64,000 nucleotides of DNA from positions 25,234,001 to 25,298,000 of the forward strand of contig NC_083288.1 of the NCBI RefSeq assembly GCF_963506605.1, read 5' to 3'. This document shows, in pieces, positions 36,057 to 48,650 of this stretch. Under the pieces are notes generated by a model. That model was given only the letters and a program-made list of their open reading frames with translations, was not told where the DNA came from and did no database searches. Source of the stretch: Zootoca vivipara. Lineage: Eukaryota. Numbering within the stretch: the first letter of the stretch is position 1; each line of letters opens with the position of its first letter. The position numbers and the translations under genes are program-made.

Positions 36057-36619
36057 GTACGGGGCGCGCGCGCGAGTACTGCACTTTTTCAACAGCTAGA
36101 AAAAAGACTTCACCTATTGGAGGCTTATGTTGTAAATGGTTTTCCTGAAGTTATTGTGGGTGCCATGCTTTAGCAGAAGATGTGGGTTGTAAATGCTTAA
36201 TAAATAAGTGGAATAGCTTTGCTTTTCATAATACAGGTTGCTTTACCTAACTGGTCAAAGGGCTCTGAATTTGTTCTGAAAACCCTCGCCCACTCTCCTG
36301 CAAGGCAGAAAAGTTTTCTTTCTGCATTCCCAGTTGGGTGAGGCAAGACTGAAGCAGAGAGAGTGGCTTACCTCTAAGTCACCCAGGGGATTCTTACGAT
36401 GACGCCATGATTTGGATTCTTGGCCTCGTAGCTCATTAGCAGCTACATTCAGCCTAGATGAGGATACTCAGAATTGCAGTCTCTTGATGCCTGGCCTCAG
36501 CTGCATGCCTCCCTATATGCATATTTGAGAAAGACCTGTGATCTAATTAGGAGTAGTCAAGTCACGCAGTTCTAAGCTCACCCCCCCCCCCCGCTCATTA
36601 CATTACCTGCTGCTGCTGC

Positions 36620-36925
36620 TACTACTACTACTACTACTATTATTTACTTACACCCCACCCATATGACTGGGTTGCCCCAGCCACTGTGGGCAGCTTCCAA
36701 CAAAATATAAAAAAGCAAAGAGAAACATCAAGCATTAAAAAACTTCCCGATACAGGGCTGTGTTCAGATGTCTTCAGAACATCTGATGGGAGGGCGTTCC
36801 ATAGGGCAGGTGCCACTACCGAGAAGGCCCTCTGCCTGGTTCCCTGTAGCTTCACATTTTGCAATGAGGGAACTTCCAGAAGGGCCTTGGAACTGGACCT
36901 CAGTGTCCAGGCTGAGCGATGGAGA
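36620..36925 (-). mobile_element. L2 LINE 3' fragment
   Basis: QGTRQRAFSVVAPALWNALP on the minus strand with a microsatellite tail; same family as 39325-39853. Confidence 0.8.
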
Positions 36926-37366
36926 CAGAAACTAAATGTCCACATTGATGGACTCAGGTGGAACTGCAGAGCAGACTGATTCCAAAGGTTCAGGACCATG
37001 ACAGACACAGCCCTGGGGGTATTTGTAGCTGCTTGTGGTGGACTATATGCCTCCTAAGTAGATTCCCTGCTCCTAAACATCTGAGAGGTGAGCTTATGTG
37101 GGTCAGAATTGTGCCTCTCTACCTACCCCCTCCACTTCTTCATGTTGGGGATACTATAGTAGGAATGTTTCTTCTGCATTTAGCTGCACAGTGCTTTTCT
37201 ATTGTTCTGACCACTGTGGGCAAGAGAGAGTCTGCGTGAGTTTTGTCTGCAGCCCTATGCTGCCATAGGCTTCCAGAGTAGCTCGTCACTCATGGGATTA
37301 AGCGAGGAAGCAAATGTCACTGCTCATTGCTCCTTGTCACTTCTGTCGCCCTCTCTTCCCTTTCAG

Positions 37367-37548
37367 GAGCTGCTGAAAGAGACACGGAAAGAGCACGCAA
37401 TGCGGGCTGTGGAGTTGCTCTACTCCATTTTCTGCCTGGACATGCAGCAGCTGACGCTCACCCTCCTCGGACACATCCTGCCCAATCTGCTCACAGACTC
37501 CTCCAAGTGGCATATGCTGATGGACCCTCCGGGCAAGGCTCTTGCCAA
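37367..37548 (+). CDS. MED24: MED24 exon: ELLKETRKEHAMRAVELLYSIFCLDMQQ...MDPPGKALAK
   Basis: TTTCAG acceptor, GTAAGA donor; 182 nt. Confidence 0.96.
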
Positions 37549-37766
37549 GTAAGAGATGAGCAGACAGGTGTTAATGAGCCCCAATTCTGTGCCGGTATGA
37601 AATCTACAAGCCAAAACCTGATGTGAAGTTAAGGACATGGGCGCCATTTTTTTTTTTGTACAGTTTATTCTGGTTGCCATGAGAAAGGGGAAAATATTGA
37701 GTGCTGAAGCTCTGTCTCCAGCTTCCTGGGAATCTTGCATTCAGTAGTTACCAGGTACCAGTGAGG

Positions 37767-38003
37767 TTACAGGGAACCAGGCAGAGGGCCTTCTCAGTAG
37801 TGGCACCTGCCCTGTGGTGCCCTCTCATCTGATTTCATGGAAATAAGCAACTATTTTCTTTTAAAAGACATCTGAAGGCAGGGAAGTTTTTAATATTCAT
37901 TTGGGAGCCGCCCAGAGTGGCTGCGGGAACCCAGCCAGACGGGCGGCGTATAAATAATATATTATTATTATTATTATTATTATTTATTATTATTATTATT
38001 ATT
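37767..38003 (+). mobile_element. L2 LINE 3' fragment with (ATT)n tail
   Basis: CAGGGAACCAGGCAGAGGGCCTTCTC...GGGAGCCGCCCAGAGTGGCT...ATAAATAAT(ATT)n. Confidence 0.8.
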
Positions 38004-38020
38004 GCCCTGTACCCTTTCAA

Positions 38021-38282
38021 NNNNNNNNNNNNNNNNNNNNNNNNNNNNNNNNNNNNNNNNNNNNNNNNNNNNNNNNNNNNNNNNNNNNNNNNNNNNNNNN
38101 NNNNNNNNNNNNNNNNNNNNNNNNNNNNNNNNNNNNNNNNNNNNNNNNNNNNNNNNNNNNNNNNNNNNNNNNNNNNNNNNNNNNNNNNNNNNNNNNNNNN
38201 NNNNNNNNNNNNNNNNNNNNNNNNNNNNNNNNNNNNNNNNNNNNNNNNNNNNNNNNNNNNNNNNNNNNNNNNNNNNNNNNNN
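38021..38282. other. Assembly gap (262 N)
   Basis: Run of N; intronic, and the MED24 frame needs no exon here. Confidence 1.
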
Positions 38283-38906
38283 GCACTTTGAAGAAAAGTC
38301 AAATAATGATAGCTGAAAGCTAGAAGCGGGGAAGCAATAAGACATGGGAAGTTGAAAAACGACCACAAATTGCAAATGCTGTTAGAGGCAAACTTTGGGA
38401 ATGAAACACGGGAGTCCTTCCAGCCCATCTCCAAGGCCCTCCTAGAACTTCAAAGCTGAATTCCCACAAACACTAATAAGAAACATCTCTTTATGCATCA
38501 AGGCGGTAAAAATGGCACAGTTTCACAACCCAAATGCAAGCTTCTAGGGTTCACTCCATTAAACCACAAGCTTGGCTTTTCTCATATTGCCCCAGCAATA
38601 TGTTGCTTCCCCCCGTTGGGGATGCCTTCCAAGCTTCACGTGACATCTTGTGTGCTGGGGTACCAGGGATGATGGGGTCCAGGGAGCGGAGTGGGAGTGG
38701 AAGAATGCATTTATTGATGTAAACTTAAGGAGACATTCTCTGATTACTGATCTCCTCCAAATATGATGCTAGTTTCCCTGTACTCCATATACGGTATGAG
38801 AATGTCGTGGTTCAGAAAAATCCGCATCATAGTAGGAAAAAGGAATAAATAAATAAATAATAACTTGTCCTTCTTTGGAGCTGATGTATGTTTCTTTTTC
38901 CATTAG

Positions 38907-39000
38907 GCTGTCTGTGTGGTGTGCCTCCAGCTCTTACTCCTCCCACAACAAGGGGCAGACTTCGGCTTGGCAGCGCAAGAGGCACCGAGAAGATATAGAG
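38907..39000 (+). CDS. MED24: MED24 exon: LSVWCASSSYSSHNKGQTSAWQRKRHREDIE
   Basis: CATTAG acceptor, GTAAAC donor; 94 nt. Confidence 0.95.
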
Positions 39001-39324
39001 GTAAACTGTTCCCACAAAGATGTTGGGAAAAGGAAAACAGGCCACAGTGGATTGATAAGTGCAATTGGAGTGGCTGGATTTGAAGAGGCGAGAGGGGAAG
39101 GAGAATTGTGCAGAAAAAGCAAACTTGTACAATTTTCAGTTGCAAAATTTAATTATGGTTTTTTCATTTTTTAAAAAATAATACCCCAGTTTCAGTCTTC
39201 AGCATCTCCTGGTTGGGCTGCAAAAGACTTCTGCCTGAATCCTTGGAGAGACACGGCAAGTCAGGGTAGAAAATACTGTGCCAGGCGGACTGACAGTCTG
39301 ACCTTGGTACAAAGCAAGCTTCCA

Positions 39325-39808
39325 GGCTGGTGACTGGGAGTGGCTACCGAGACCATATAGCACCGGTCCTGAGAGACCTACATTGGCTCCCAGCACGTTT
39401 CCGAGCACAATTCAAAGTGTTCCTGCTGACCTTTAAAGCCCTAAACGGCCTCGGCCCAGTATACCTGAAGGAGCGTCTCCACCCCCATCATTCAGCCCGG
39501 ACACTGAGGTCCAGCTCCGAGGGCCTTCTGGCGGTTCCCTCACTGCGAGAAGTGAAGCTACAGGGAACCAGGCAGAGGGCCTTCTTGGTAGTGGCGCCCG
39601 CCCTGTGGAACACCCTCCCATCAGATATCAAGGAAATAAACAACTATTTGACTTTTAGAAGGCATCTGAAGGCAGCCCTGTTTAGGGAAGTTTTTAATGT
39701 TTGATGTTTTATTGCTTTATCATCATCATTATTATTATTAATATTATTATTATTCTGTTGGGAGCCACCCAGAGTGGCTGTGGAAACCCAGCCAGATGGG
39801 TGGGGTGG

Positions 39809-39853
<45 letters not shown>
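39325..39853 (+). mobile_element. L2 LINE 3' fragment with (AAT)n tail
   Basis: ORF 39330-39704 HIAPVLRDLHWLPARFRAQFKVFLLTFKALNGLGP...APALWN is a typical L2 ORF2 C-terminus. Confidence 0.9.
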
Positions 39854-40279
39854 TGTTATTATGATTCCTCTGTTTCCATGAGGTCAGTGTGCAAAAGCAG
39901 CTTGTCACATTTGCAAATGGAACAGACATTTTACAAACAAGAGGAAGGATAGCATTTCGTTTCTGCAGTGTGTCACATCCATTGTGGAGTATCTCAACAC
40001 TGTGAGGTAGGTTAGAACTGGAGTTTGAATTGGGGGCTTGTAGGTCACAGCTCAGGCATCACACTACAATGGCTCTCTGGCACCTCTACTTCCTTCTTTT
40101 AAACATCTTGATGTGAAATGGAGTATGTGAATCATCCTTTTTTTGAGAGAGGCAAAGGTAGGAGAGTACAAGTCCATACATGAATGACAAAATCAGGACC
40201 AGACCGCCTGCCTTGTTAATGGTTGTGTATATCAGTAACCGTGATGGAACTCTTTTCTGTCCTTTTGGTTCCTCTCCAG

Positions 40280-40379
40280 GATTACACCAGTCTCTTCCCG
40301 TTGGATGATACCCAGCCATCCAAACTGATGCGCCTGCTCAGCTCCAATGAGGAAGACACCAGCATCCTGTCTAGCCCCA
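40280..40379 (+). CDS. MED24: MED24 exon: DYTSLFPLDDTQPSKLMRLLSSNEEDTSILSSP
   Basis: CTCCAG acceptor, GTAAGT donor; 100 nt. Confidence 0.95.
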
Positions 40380-40660
40380 GTAAGTGGAATCATGGTGAGA
40401 AAGCTTTTCCTGGAATTAATGTGAGTCCAAACAGGCTCCCTGGAAAAGACTGGCCAGTCTTGAATCTATTCTAAACCTGACTAAAGGTCATTCCACTTTC
40501 TTTCTCTCTCTCTCCTTTTAATCACTTCAAAACAACAACTTCTCTCCATCTAGGAGGATTCAGATAAGATGGATCTATTTTTTAAAAATTAATATTTTGC
40601 CTTAAAAAAAAGTTATTTATTGTGAACTGTGCTTCCTCCAAGATTATAAGTAAATAGGTA

Positions 40661-40863
40661 TGCCCTCCCACCAGAGGTCAAAGAGAACAACAATTACCAG
40701 ACCTTTAGAAGGCATCTCAAGGCAGCCCTGTTTAGGGAAGCTTTTAATGTTTGATGGATTTCTGTATTTTAATATTTTGTTGGAAGCCGCCCAGAGTGGC
40801 TGGGGAAACCTGGCCAGATGGGCGGGGTATAAATAATAAATTATTATTACTATTATTATTATT
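40661..40863 (+). mobile_element. L2 LINE 3' fragment
   Basis: Matches the 3' end of 39325-39853; (ATT)n tail. Confidence 0.8.
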
Positions 40864-41164
40864 AGCCACAGGGAATGAATGTGGGGATTACTTTGTTTGC
40901 TTCAGGGAAAATTTAGGTGTGCTGTTTGGAATGGGTGGAGGCGACAGAGCTCAATGTAGGTCATGTGCCAATGCAGCTCCTCAGCTATCTAGCAATTCTG
41001 GCCCTTATTGGAAGCTTCTACACATAATTTTGATTTGTAATTGTGCCTGGGTATGGGTATGCTACCAGGAGCATGTAAAGGTAAAGTTTCCTACCTTGCT
41101 GACTTTTTAAAAGTTAAGGATTGCAGCACACTGTCAGTAGTGGAAGTGTCCAAAATGGTGTCTG

Positions 41165-41630
41165 GCACAGCGTAGGCATCCAACTCGGATGGAAGAATCT
41201 CTTGATATGAAGGAAGAGATGGTGCAGGAACTAAAAACCAAAAACTACTCAATGGAAAGAAGACAAAAGTCCCTACCAGAGAAGAATGGCAGGTTAAGTT
41301 GATATGGCAAAAATGACCGGAAGAAATCAGAAATCAGGAGGACCAAAATTTCAATAAAGAATGAGGGAAATGTATAATTTATCTTAAAAAACCATTGTGT
41401 AAACAGTTTAAAGCATTAGTAGGATTGGAATAATGTTGAGTTTTGGATATAATGGAGATGTAAAAGATTTGGGTTAATATAAAAGACGCAGCAGGAGGAA
41501 ATGGTTAACACAAGGACCCACAAAGGGGAGGAGAGAAGTTCAGGAGGTTCTTTGTTTTTATGTTGGTTGCTGGATAATTGACTGTAAAACTTTAAACTGA
41601 AAAACTAAATAATTTTTTTTAAAAAAAACC
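41165..41630 (+). mobile_element. L1-like LINE 3' remnant
   Basis: Shares GGCAAAA.TGACC.GAAG...GGACCAA...AAAGAATG with 8965-9400; A/T-rich end. Confidence 0.55.
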
Positions 41631-43553
41631 TAAAGATTACTTGGAAAGAACTGAGACATGGGTGGGCCGTGTCCAGGAGGAGCTGTAAAAGCTAGTAAAA
41701 GGTGCTTCATGCCACAAATGCCACTTGGGCTTTCTGTGTTCTGGGGGACCAAGAGCTCACAGATGAGAACCAGGAGGTCAAATGATCAGTAACTTTGTCA
41801 GTAGGGGACACTGGTGACCTCTTGTTTATGGTTATGGAGAACATCACTGCTCATCTCCTTGGATTCTTGCCTGGTGATTCAGAGATCTTGTTTTTGTATA
41901 TTTCCATTGCTCTCGAGGCCCGTGATTTCCCTTTATTTCGTTATCCTTTTGTTGTGGTTTTACTTTTGTCGACATAACAATGCAATTGGGGAGTTTTCTC
42001 CCCCTAATTCCTCCTGTCAGAGCAGTGAGTTGGCACACCCGTGTTTCCTCTCTGATTTGCATATGAGATTATTTACAGCCAAGCCTCTATCCTTGATCCA
42101 ACTATGAATCAGAGGGAGTGTTGGAATTTAACTTCCTTTCTTCCAGCATCATTGCATCCGATTTCACTCTCTGCAATTCCATGGAAGAATTGTGGAAATG
42201 GATAGAGAAGGTCTGTGAAACCCACCGTCCAAGGCTGGACTGCTTAGCTTTTAAACACTTGGTGGTACAGTTGATTTTGTAGCGTATCTTTGTACATTCC
42301 TCAGTTATGCCATGTAGAACAGATCTGGGCACAATTGGCACTAGATTTAACAGTTGACCAATCTCTGTGTTCATTTCCTCTTAAAGAAGAAGAAGTTTCT
42401 AGTCCTCTTGGGATATTTGCAGCAGGTGCTCAATCACACCTTGTTCATTTTTCTTTTTTGGTGTTCTAATGTGCAATGTGGTAAGATGAAGTTAAATCTT
42501 TACATTTATATAGTGCAGGGCTGGGGAACTGGTTATAACTAGTGGGCCAGATCATTCCCCCCCCCTCTCTACCAACAGCCAGGGCCAAATTTCACAAGTG
42601 GGCATGGCCACCTCCTGTCATTCACCTGACATCACACAGTGACATCAAGTGACCCTTATTTGACCACATGGTTTGAATCAATGTGCTGGCAGAGGGACAG
42701 CCTTCAAAGTGCCAGTGATTAACTGATTGTCGGATCTTGGGAATCCCCTTGCAAATCGCTCTGGAAGACCTGATGATCTTCCTGGATCTTGACGAACTCT
42801 TCACAGGACTCGATGATCAGCTGATTCTTGAATGTTGCAAAGGCCTTGCACAGTGCTTTGCTGGTGCCACCAATCAGCTGATCGCCAATGCTGCAAACGC
42901 CCATTTGGCTTGAGCCAGGTCTTTCTGCCTCCCATACCTGACACCATATATTACATCAGGCACAGGACAGGTGCCCAGGGCTTGTCCAAAACGGCCTCAT
43001 AGAACAAATTGGGAGCAGTGGGCTGGCAAAGCCTAATTATGGCTGCAGCCTGGAGCTTCTCCACCCCTGACAGACTGCTTTCGTATGCCCAAATTCTTTC
43101 ACGTACATTTCTAGCTTGTAATCCTTCCAATAGTCGTGCATAGTAGGTCAGTGCTGTTATCCCCATAATGCAAATGCGGGGCTATTTCCCAAGAGAAAGT
43201 GGCTTGAGGCCTTGTGGAGGTAATGTACGTTGAACACTTGGAAATACTAAATTGTGGTGCTGTTAGTTTAGTGCAGGCACCCCCAAACGCCCGCCCTCCA
43301 GGTGTTGGACTACAGAATTGGACTACAATTCCCATCATCCCTGACCACTGGTCCTCTTAGCTAGGGATTATGGGAGTTGTAGGCCAAAACCTGCTGCTGC
43401 TTCTTCCATCTTGTCATCCCGAGCCCCTCAGGCAACCATTAGAAAAGGGAAGGAAGGTCCAATTCAAAGGCATTTCCTGTTTGGGACGCAAGTAGTTAAC
43501 CTTGCATGCCGAGGTACTGGTCAACCAAACTCTGGTATTTTCTCTACTTTCAG

Positions 43554-43634
43554 CAGACCGCACGATGAGCACTTCACTGTCTGCCTCGCAACTGCACACA
43601 GTCAGCATGAGAGATCCTCTCAACAGAGTCCTAG
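43554..43634 (+). CDS. MED24: MED24 exon: DRTMSTSLSASQLHTVSMRDPLNRVL
   Basis: TTTCAG|CAG tandem acceptor, GTAAGC donor; 81 nt (or 78). Confidence 0.93.
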
Positions 43635-44234
43635 GTAAGCTTCTTCAGTCCTAGCTAAGTGGAGGGGAAAGTTATAGAAGCAGGCCAGGCACCCAGCTGG
43701 CCTGGTTGAAATGTAGCTCAGCTTATGTGGGGCTTCGTTTGGTGATCACTAGGGGTTCAGCTGTGAAACCTGCTTTTGAACGTTTCATGGAATGATAGAG
43801 GCGGAAGGGGTCTTTGAAGTCATCTAGTCCAACCCCCCTTTTATCAATGCACGATCTGCAGTGTAGAATAAAACGACGACATCCCTGCCAGGTGGTCATC
43901 CAGACTTCACTTAAATCAAAGCAGGGGAACCTATCCCCTCCTGAAGCAGTCTGTTCCACTGTCAGGCAGCACTATGTTAAATCTCTCCAGTACCATGAGC
44001 TCCCTGCTTGGTGGCCTTGGGCAAGCCACAGCCTGCCGGCGTGCGGTTACTGATGTTGGCATGAACTGAATCTGGGACCTCGTGGCTGCCAAACAAAAAC
44101 CTGTTGGAGATATAACTGCAACAATAGCACTTTGTGGGGTTCTTGTAAGGATCACAGAGAAAAGATGCACTTGAAATTCTATCTATAGATATAGATGCAT
44201 GTAAGTATGGTAAATACTACTATGAACATTATTA

Positions 44235-44476
44235 CAATCGTACCTTGGAAGTCGAATGGAATCCGTTCCGGAGGTCCGTTCAACTTCCAAAGCCTTCGGC
44301 TTCCAAAGCACAGCTTCTGATTGGCTGCAGGAAGCTCCTACGGCCAATCGGAAGCCCCATCGGATGTTCGGCTTCCAAAGGAGCGTTCAAAAACCGGAAC
44401 AGTCGCTTCCGGGTTTCAATCGTTTGGGAGCCAAAATGTTTGAGAACTAGGGTATTCAAAAACCAAAGTATGACTG
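44235..44476. mobile_element. Tigger/mariner-like MITE
   Basis: TA-flanked TIRs CAATCGTACCTTGG / CCAAAGTATGACTG; ends 80 nt before an exon. Confidence 0.7.
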
Positions 44477-44556
44477 TATTTTTAAAAACTGAAAAGGCCT
44501 CAGAATGGGGGTTTAGAGGAAGACAGTGCTTAGTTCCTTCTCCTTCTGCTCCCCAG

Positions 44557-44705
44557 CCAACCTCTTCCTGCTGATTTCTTCCATCTTGGGAGCCAAGACA
44601 GCCGGGACACACACACAGTTTGTTCAGTGGTTCATGGAGGAGTGTGTAGACTGCTTGGAGCAAGGAAGCCGTGGCAGCATCCTCCAGTTCATGCCCTTCA
44701 CCATG
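44557..44705 (+). CDS. MED24: MED24 exon: NLFLLISSILGAKTAGTHTQFVQWFMEECVDCLEQGSRGSILQFMPFTM
   Basis: CCCCAG acceptor, GTGAGC donor; 149 nt. Confidence 0.96.
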
Positions 44706-44803
44706 GTGAGCGACTCCCATTTTCCTCTTGAAGATTTCTGTCGTCTCTCTTCGGGCTCTTGGTCCATTGCTGCTCTCTAGCAAAGCTTTTGGCTTATAGG
44801 GGG

Positions 44804-44888
44804 CATAGCTGCCAAGTTATCCCCTTTTTAAAGGGATTTTCCCTTATGCTGAATAGGCTTCCTCGCGAGGGAAAACTTGGCAGCTATG
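44804..44888. mobile_element. 85-bp hAT MITE
   Basis: Perfect 15-bp TIR CATAGCTGCCAAGTT and perfect 8-bp TSD ATAGGGGG. Confidence 0.9.
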
Positions 44889-45914
44889 ATAGGGGGTTGC
44901 AGGGAGACTTCTTCCATGTGACCTGAGTAAAGGCCCATTCCCTGCAGTTTTGCTCACTCAGGAGTCACAATTCAACATGGCCCCTAGGAAGTAAGGAATC
45001 ATTAAGGGAAGCCACCTCCATCCCTTTGGGTGCCCCTTGAACTTCTGAGCCATGTGGGGGAAAAACTGTCACCTGGATCTTGGTCCTAGTTGGTTCTTTG
45101 CACTTCAGAGTTCAGTTTTGGATGAATTTAACAGATACAGAGCCACATAATGTTAGGGGTGTTTGCTTCCAAAGTGGCTAAACAGTGGTGTACAAAACAG
45201 GTGGGTTTTGCGTGTTTGGCGACGATGCACTATATGCCAGCAAAAGTGTTACTATGAGCTAGGTTGGGGGGGGTGCCTTCTAAGTACCCAACAGTCATAT
45301 GACCTGGCCCAGAAAGGCACAAGCAAATCTCCCCTTTGCAGTTCCCCAATGGCATGTAGACCAGTCTTCTCCAACTTGGTCCCCTCCAGATGTTGCTGGA
45401 CTGCTGCTCCTATCTTCCTTGACCATTGGTGTTGTTGGCTGAGACTGGTGGGAAACATAGTATAGGACATCTGGAGAGCATCAGATGGAGGAAGGCTGGT
45501 ACAGATGATCCATATGAATCCTAAGAGTTCAAGTCTCTTTGGTCCCTGTTGTTAGGAAAGGCAAACGCTAGAGGGAGTCTGTTGGCAGGAAATGACAGCT
45601 CCAGAGACAATGACAGAGGAGTAAGTGACGGTCACCCTAAGATGCAATCCTGTGTACAATTACTTGGTGTAAAGCCCATTGAACATAGTGGGACTTAACT
45701 GCTGAGTAAGCTTGCATAGGAATGTACCATTAAACACATGTCTTAGGTTGAGAGAAAATGTACTCAAGGAACATAATTGATCCCTTTCTCTGACTCGTTC
45801 ATGCACATACCTTCCTCTTTGAAGAAGCACTAGAGATGTGAGTTTTGCAGAAATATGAATGTGGGAATTGTCCCCAGCTTTTGATGGTGTCTGTTATGTG
45901 CATGTAAAACTATA

Positions 45915-46283
45915 CAGGTGAAACTCGGAAAATTAGAATATTGTCGAAAAGTGCATATATTTCAGTAATGCAACTTAAAAGGTGAAACCAATATATGAGA
46001 TAGATGCATGACATGCAAAGCAAGATATGTCAAGCCTTTATTTGTTGTAATTGTAATTATTTGTCGTTAGGCGGGTCAATTATAAATGGAATGTAATTAA
46101 TGAAATGTAATAGCGATGTTTATTTTTGTTTATTTTTGTATTATTTTAACTATTTGTTTTATTACTGTGGAATTTCCAAAAGAAAGCATTTGTAAAAATT
46201 AAAAGAAAAATAAAAAATAATAAGTTGCATTACTGAAATAAATGCACTTTTTGACGATATTCTAATTTTCCGAGTTTCACCTG
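45915..46283. mobile_element. Tc1-like MITE
   Basis: ~60-bp TIRs CAGGTGAAACTCGGAAAATTAGAATAT...GTAATGCAACTT; TA on the left flank, TG on the right. Confidence 0.85.
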
Positions 46284-47366
46284 TGTGTTTAAAGCTTTAT
46301 TGAGTTTGCACATTACAGAACATTGGGGTTGATGTAGAATGTAATCCTGCAGACTTTTCAAAATCAACCAAATCATGTGTATAGAAAAACAGTTAAGAGG
46401 GAGCAATTGTGAAAGGAACAAAATACTACTAATAATAACTGTTGTCATTATTATATTTAAAAGCATCCTTTTAATATTTAAACCGGGGCTCAGGAACCTG
46501 CGGTCTTCCACCTCCCATCAGCTCCAGCCAGTGTGCCTAATTGGGGATGATGGGATTTGTAATCCATCAACATCTAGAAGACAACAAGTTCCTGCTCCTG
46601 GTTTAGACTCAAGCAGAACTTCTGCTGTACCTGTTATTCTGCTTTACCTGTTATTCCACTTTGAGTATAACAGGTAAGGTTCCAGTATCTCCTCAGCTAC
46701 TGTTAAACCTATGCTGGGAGTGCCCAGGCCAGAAGGTATAAATTCTCATTATCAACCTCTTCTTAACGGGAAAAAGATTTCATGGGGAAATCTACTCCCC
46801 CACCACCCTGGAATTTCCAGCTTCCTCAGCATCCAGAAGACTCTGGGAAAAGAGGGTTGTGTAAAGGCCAATTAAAGACTTTCATGCCTTGAGGGAAAGC
46901 AGAAAGGAAGAAGCCCAGGCCAGGGAGTTTAGGTCATCAGCTCCTGAACAAACTCCCAGTGGCCTGAGTTATGCCTGCTGTTCTCTTTTGTAACTATCCT
47001 TATCCCCTGTATTTCAAATCTGTTAAGTGCCCAGAATGTCTTGGCAGAAAGACAATAAAAATATATATATTATTGACCTTTTGTAGCTATTTATAGCCTA
47101 CAATTCCGTGAATCATGCCCAAGTCTGCTAATATTTACAAATGCAGTAAATAAATATAAACACCCCTACACGTGGTATGAGACACAGGCTAGGGCAGTGT
47201 ATCTGGACTAGTGCCACAAACTCTCTTGAGTTGTTGCTTTGCCATGGAGGGAAATGGGTCGCTTCAAAGAGGAACCTACACTACACCCCAGAGCTCATTC
47301 TGCTAGTATCTACATGCCACTGACATGCCCTCCTTGACCTCTTTCCCCTTCTTTACTTCTGGGCAG

Positions 47367-47483
47367 GTGTCGGAGTTGGTAAAAGCATCCACCATGTCTA
47401 GCCCCAGAATTGTGCTGGCCATCACGGATCTCAGCTTGCCTCTGGGACGCAGGGTGGCTGCCAAAGCCATCGCTGCCTTGTGA
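47367..47483 (+). CDS. MED24: MED24 last coding exon: VSELVKASTMSSPRIVLAITDLSLPLGRRVAAKAIAAL*
   Basis: GGGCAG acceptor; TGA at 47481-83; matches the MED24 C-terminus. Confidence 0.96.
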   Translation: MSELVKASTMSSPRIVLAITDLSLPLGRRVAAKAIAAL

Positions 47484-48009
47484 GCATCCCACGGGCCCTG
47501 CTGCAGGTGAAAGGGAGAACCCTAGGACCAAAATCCCACCGATGGGATAATGGAGAACACTCTCTGTTCCAAGGAAGCTGCCACGTGGTGTGTGTTGAAT
47601 TGTGCACATGCTCTACAGAAGTGGGCATTGCTGTGATGAGAAAATATGCCAGGGCAGACCCCCAAGTCGGTTTCCAAGGCATCTCAAGAGTGTCCTTCTA
47701 GTCGGTTTGGAGTTCCCGTGGTTGCCATTCCAGCTTTACCAAGGATCCTTGGCGTTCCAAGTCTTTCAAGCCACACTTCCCCACTTCTCACACCTGTGAC
47801 ATCTTGAATGTGTCCATCGGTTTTTTGCTAATGTTCCCCCCCCTTTCGTTTGTCTTGTTTTATAAACACCTGGGTGTATATATTTTCTCTTTAATGGTCA
47901 AATACCTGAACGAAGCTACATTTACAAGGTGTCTCAGAAGTGCCATGTCTCAAGATATTTTAGCAGTATGTTTAAAAAAGTTACAGAAATCATTATGAAA
48001 ACAGCTATA

Positions 48010-48012
<3 letters not shown>

Positions 48013-48060
<48 letters not shown>
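48013..48060. repeat. (AT)n microsatellite in the putative MED24 3' UTR
   Basis: About 24 uninterrupted AT units. Confidence 0.95.
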
Positions 48061-48063
<3 letters not shown>

Positions 48064-48164
48064 GGGTGTGTATATATATATATGTATAGTTTTTATTCTA
48101 TTTCAACAATATAGCAGTTTAACAATGTATAACATGTATTCTCAATCTAAAAAATACAAAAACA

Positions 48165-48170
48165 AATAAA
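48165..48170 (+). terminator. Candidate MED24 polyadenylation signal
   Basis: First AATAAA seen after the stop codon (about 680 nt downstream). Confidence 0.55.
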
Positions 48171-48650
48171 AAACGTTTCTGATCAAGACATCATTATAAT
48201 TACATTTAACAGCTTTCTAATTAGGTCCATTATGTTTCATCATGGAACAAAGCCAGCCTGGTCTGGGGCAACCAATTTGTACAAGAAGTGTTTTATATGA
48301 TTGGCTAGCACAGAGGTAAATATCTTGTACTATTGATTTATCAAATAGCTTTATTCTATAACACTATTTTCCTCTTCAGGAATATAGAGGCTGAATTTTG
48401 CAAACAGGAGAATCTTTACAATCCTACATGCTTCCCCTCCTTGTCTTTGTGCATATAAGTTTAGACAATTTCAATTGCTTTTTTGTATAAATTCTGGGGA
48501 GAATCCTTTTTGTCCCCTCTTAATAAATTCATATGGTGAAGCACAGAGCTATGTTTATCCCCTGGTTCCATGATCATACCTTGGAAGCAGAGAGTTTGGG
48601 ATTGCACACATAACTGAACATTCTGGGAATCTCAGCAAATTTCTAATCAT

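Noticed and set aside
36061-36080. (CG)n run just after a splice donor (Z-DNA potential)
   Set aside because: About 11 bp, too short to support a claim.
37835-38434. ORFs with poly-X
   Set aside because: Artefacts of the N gap.
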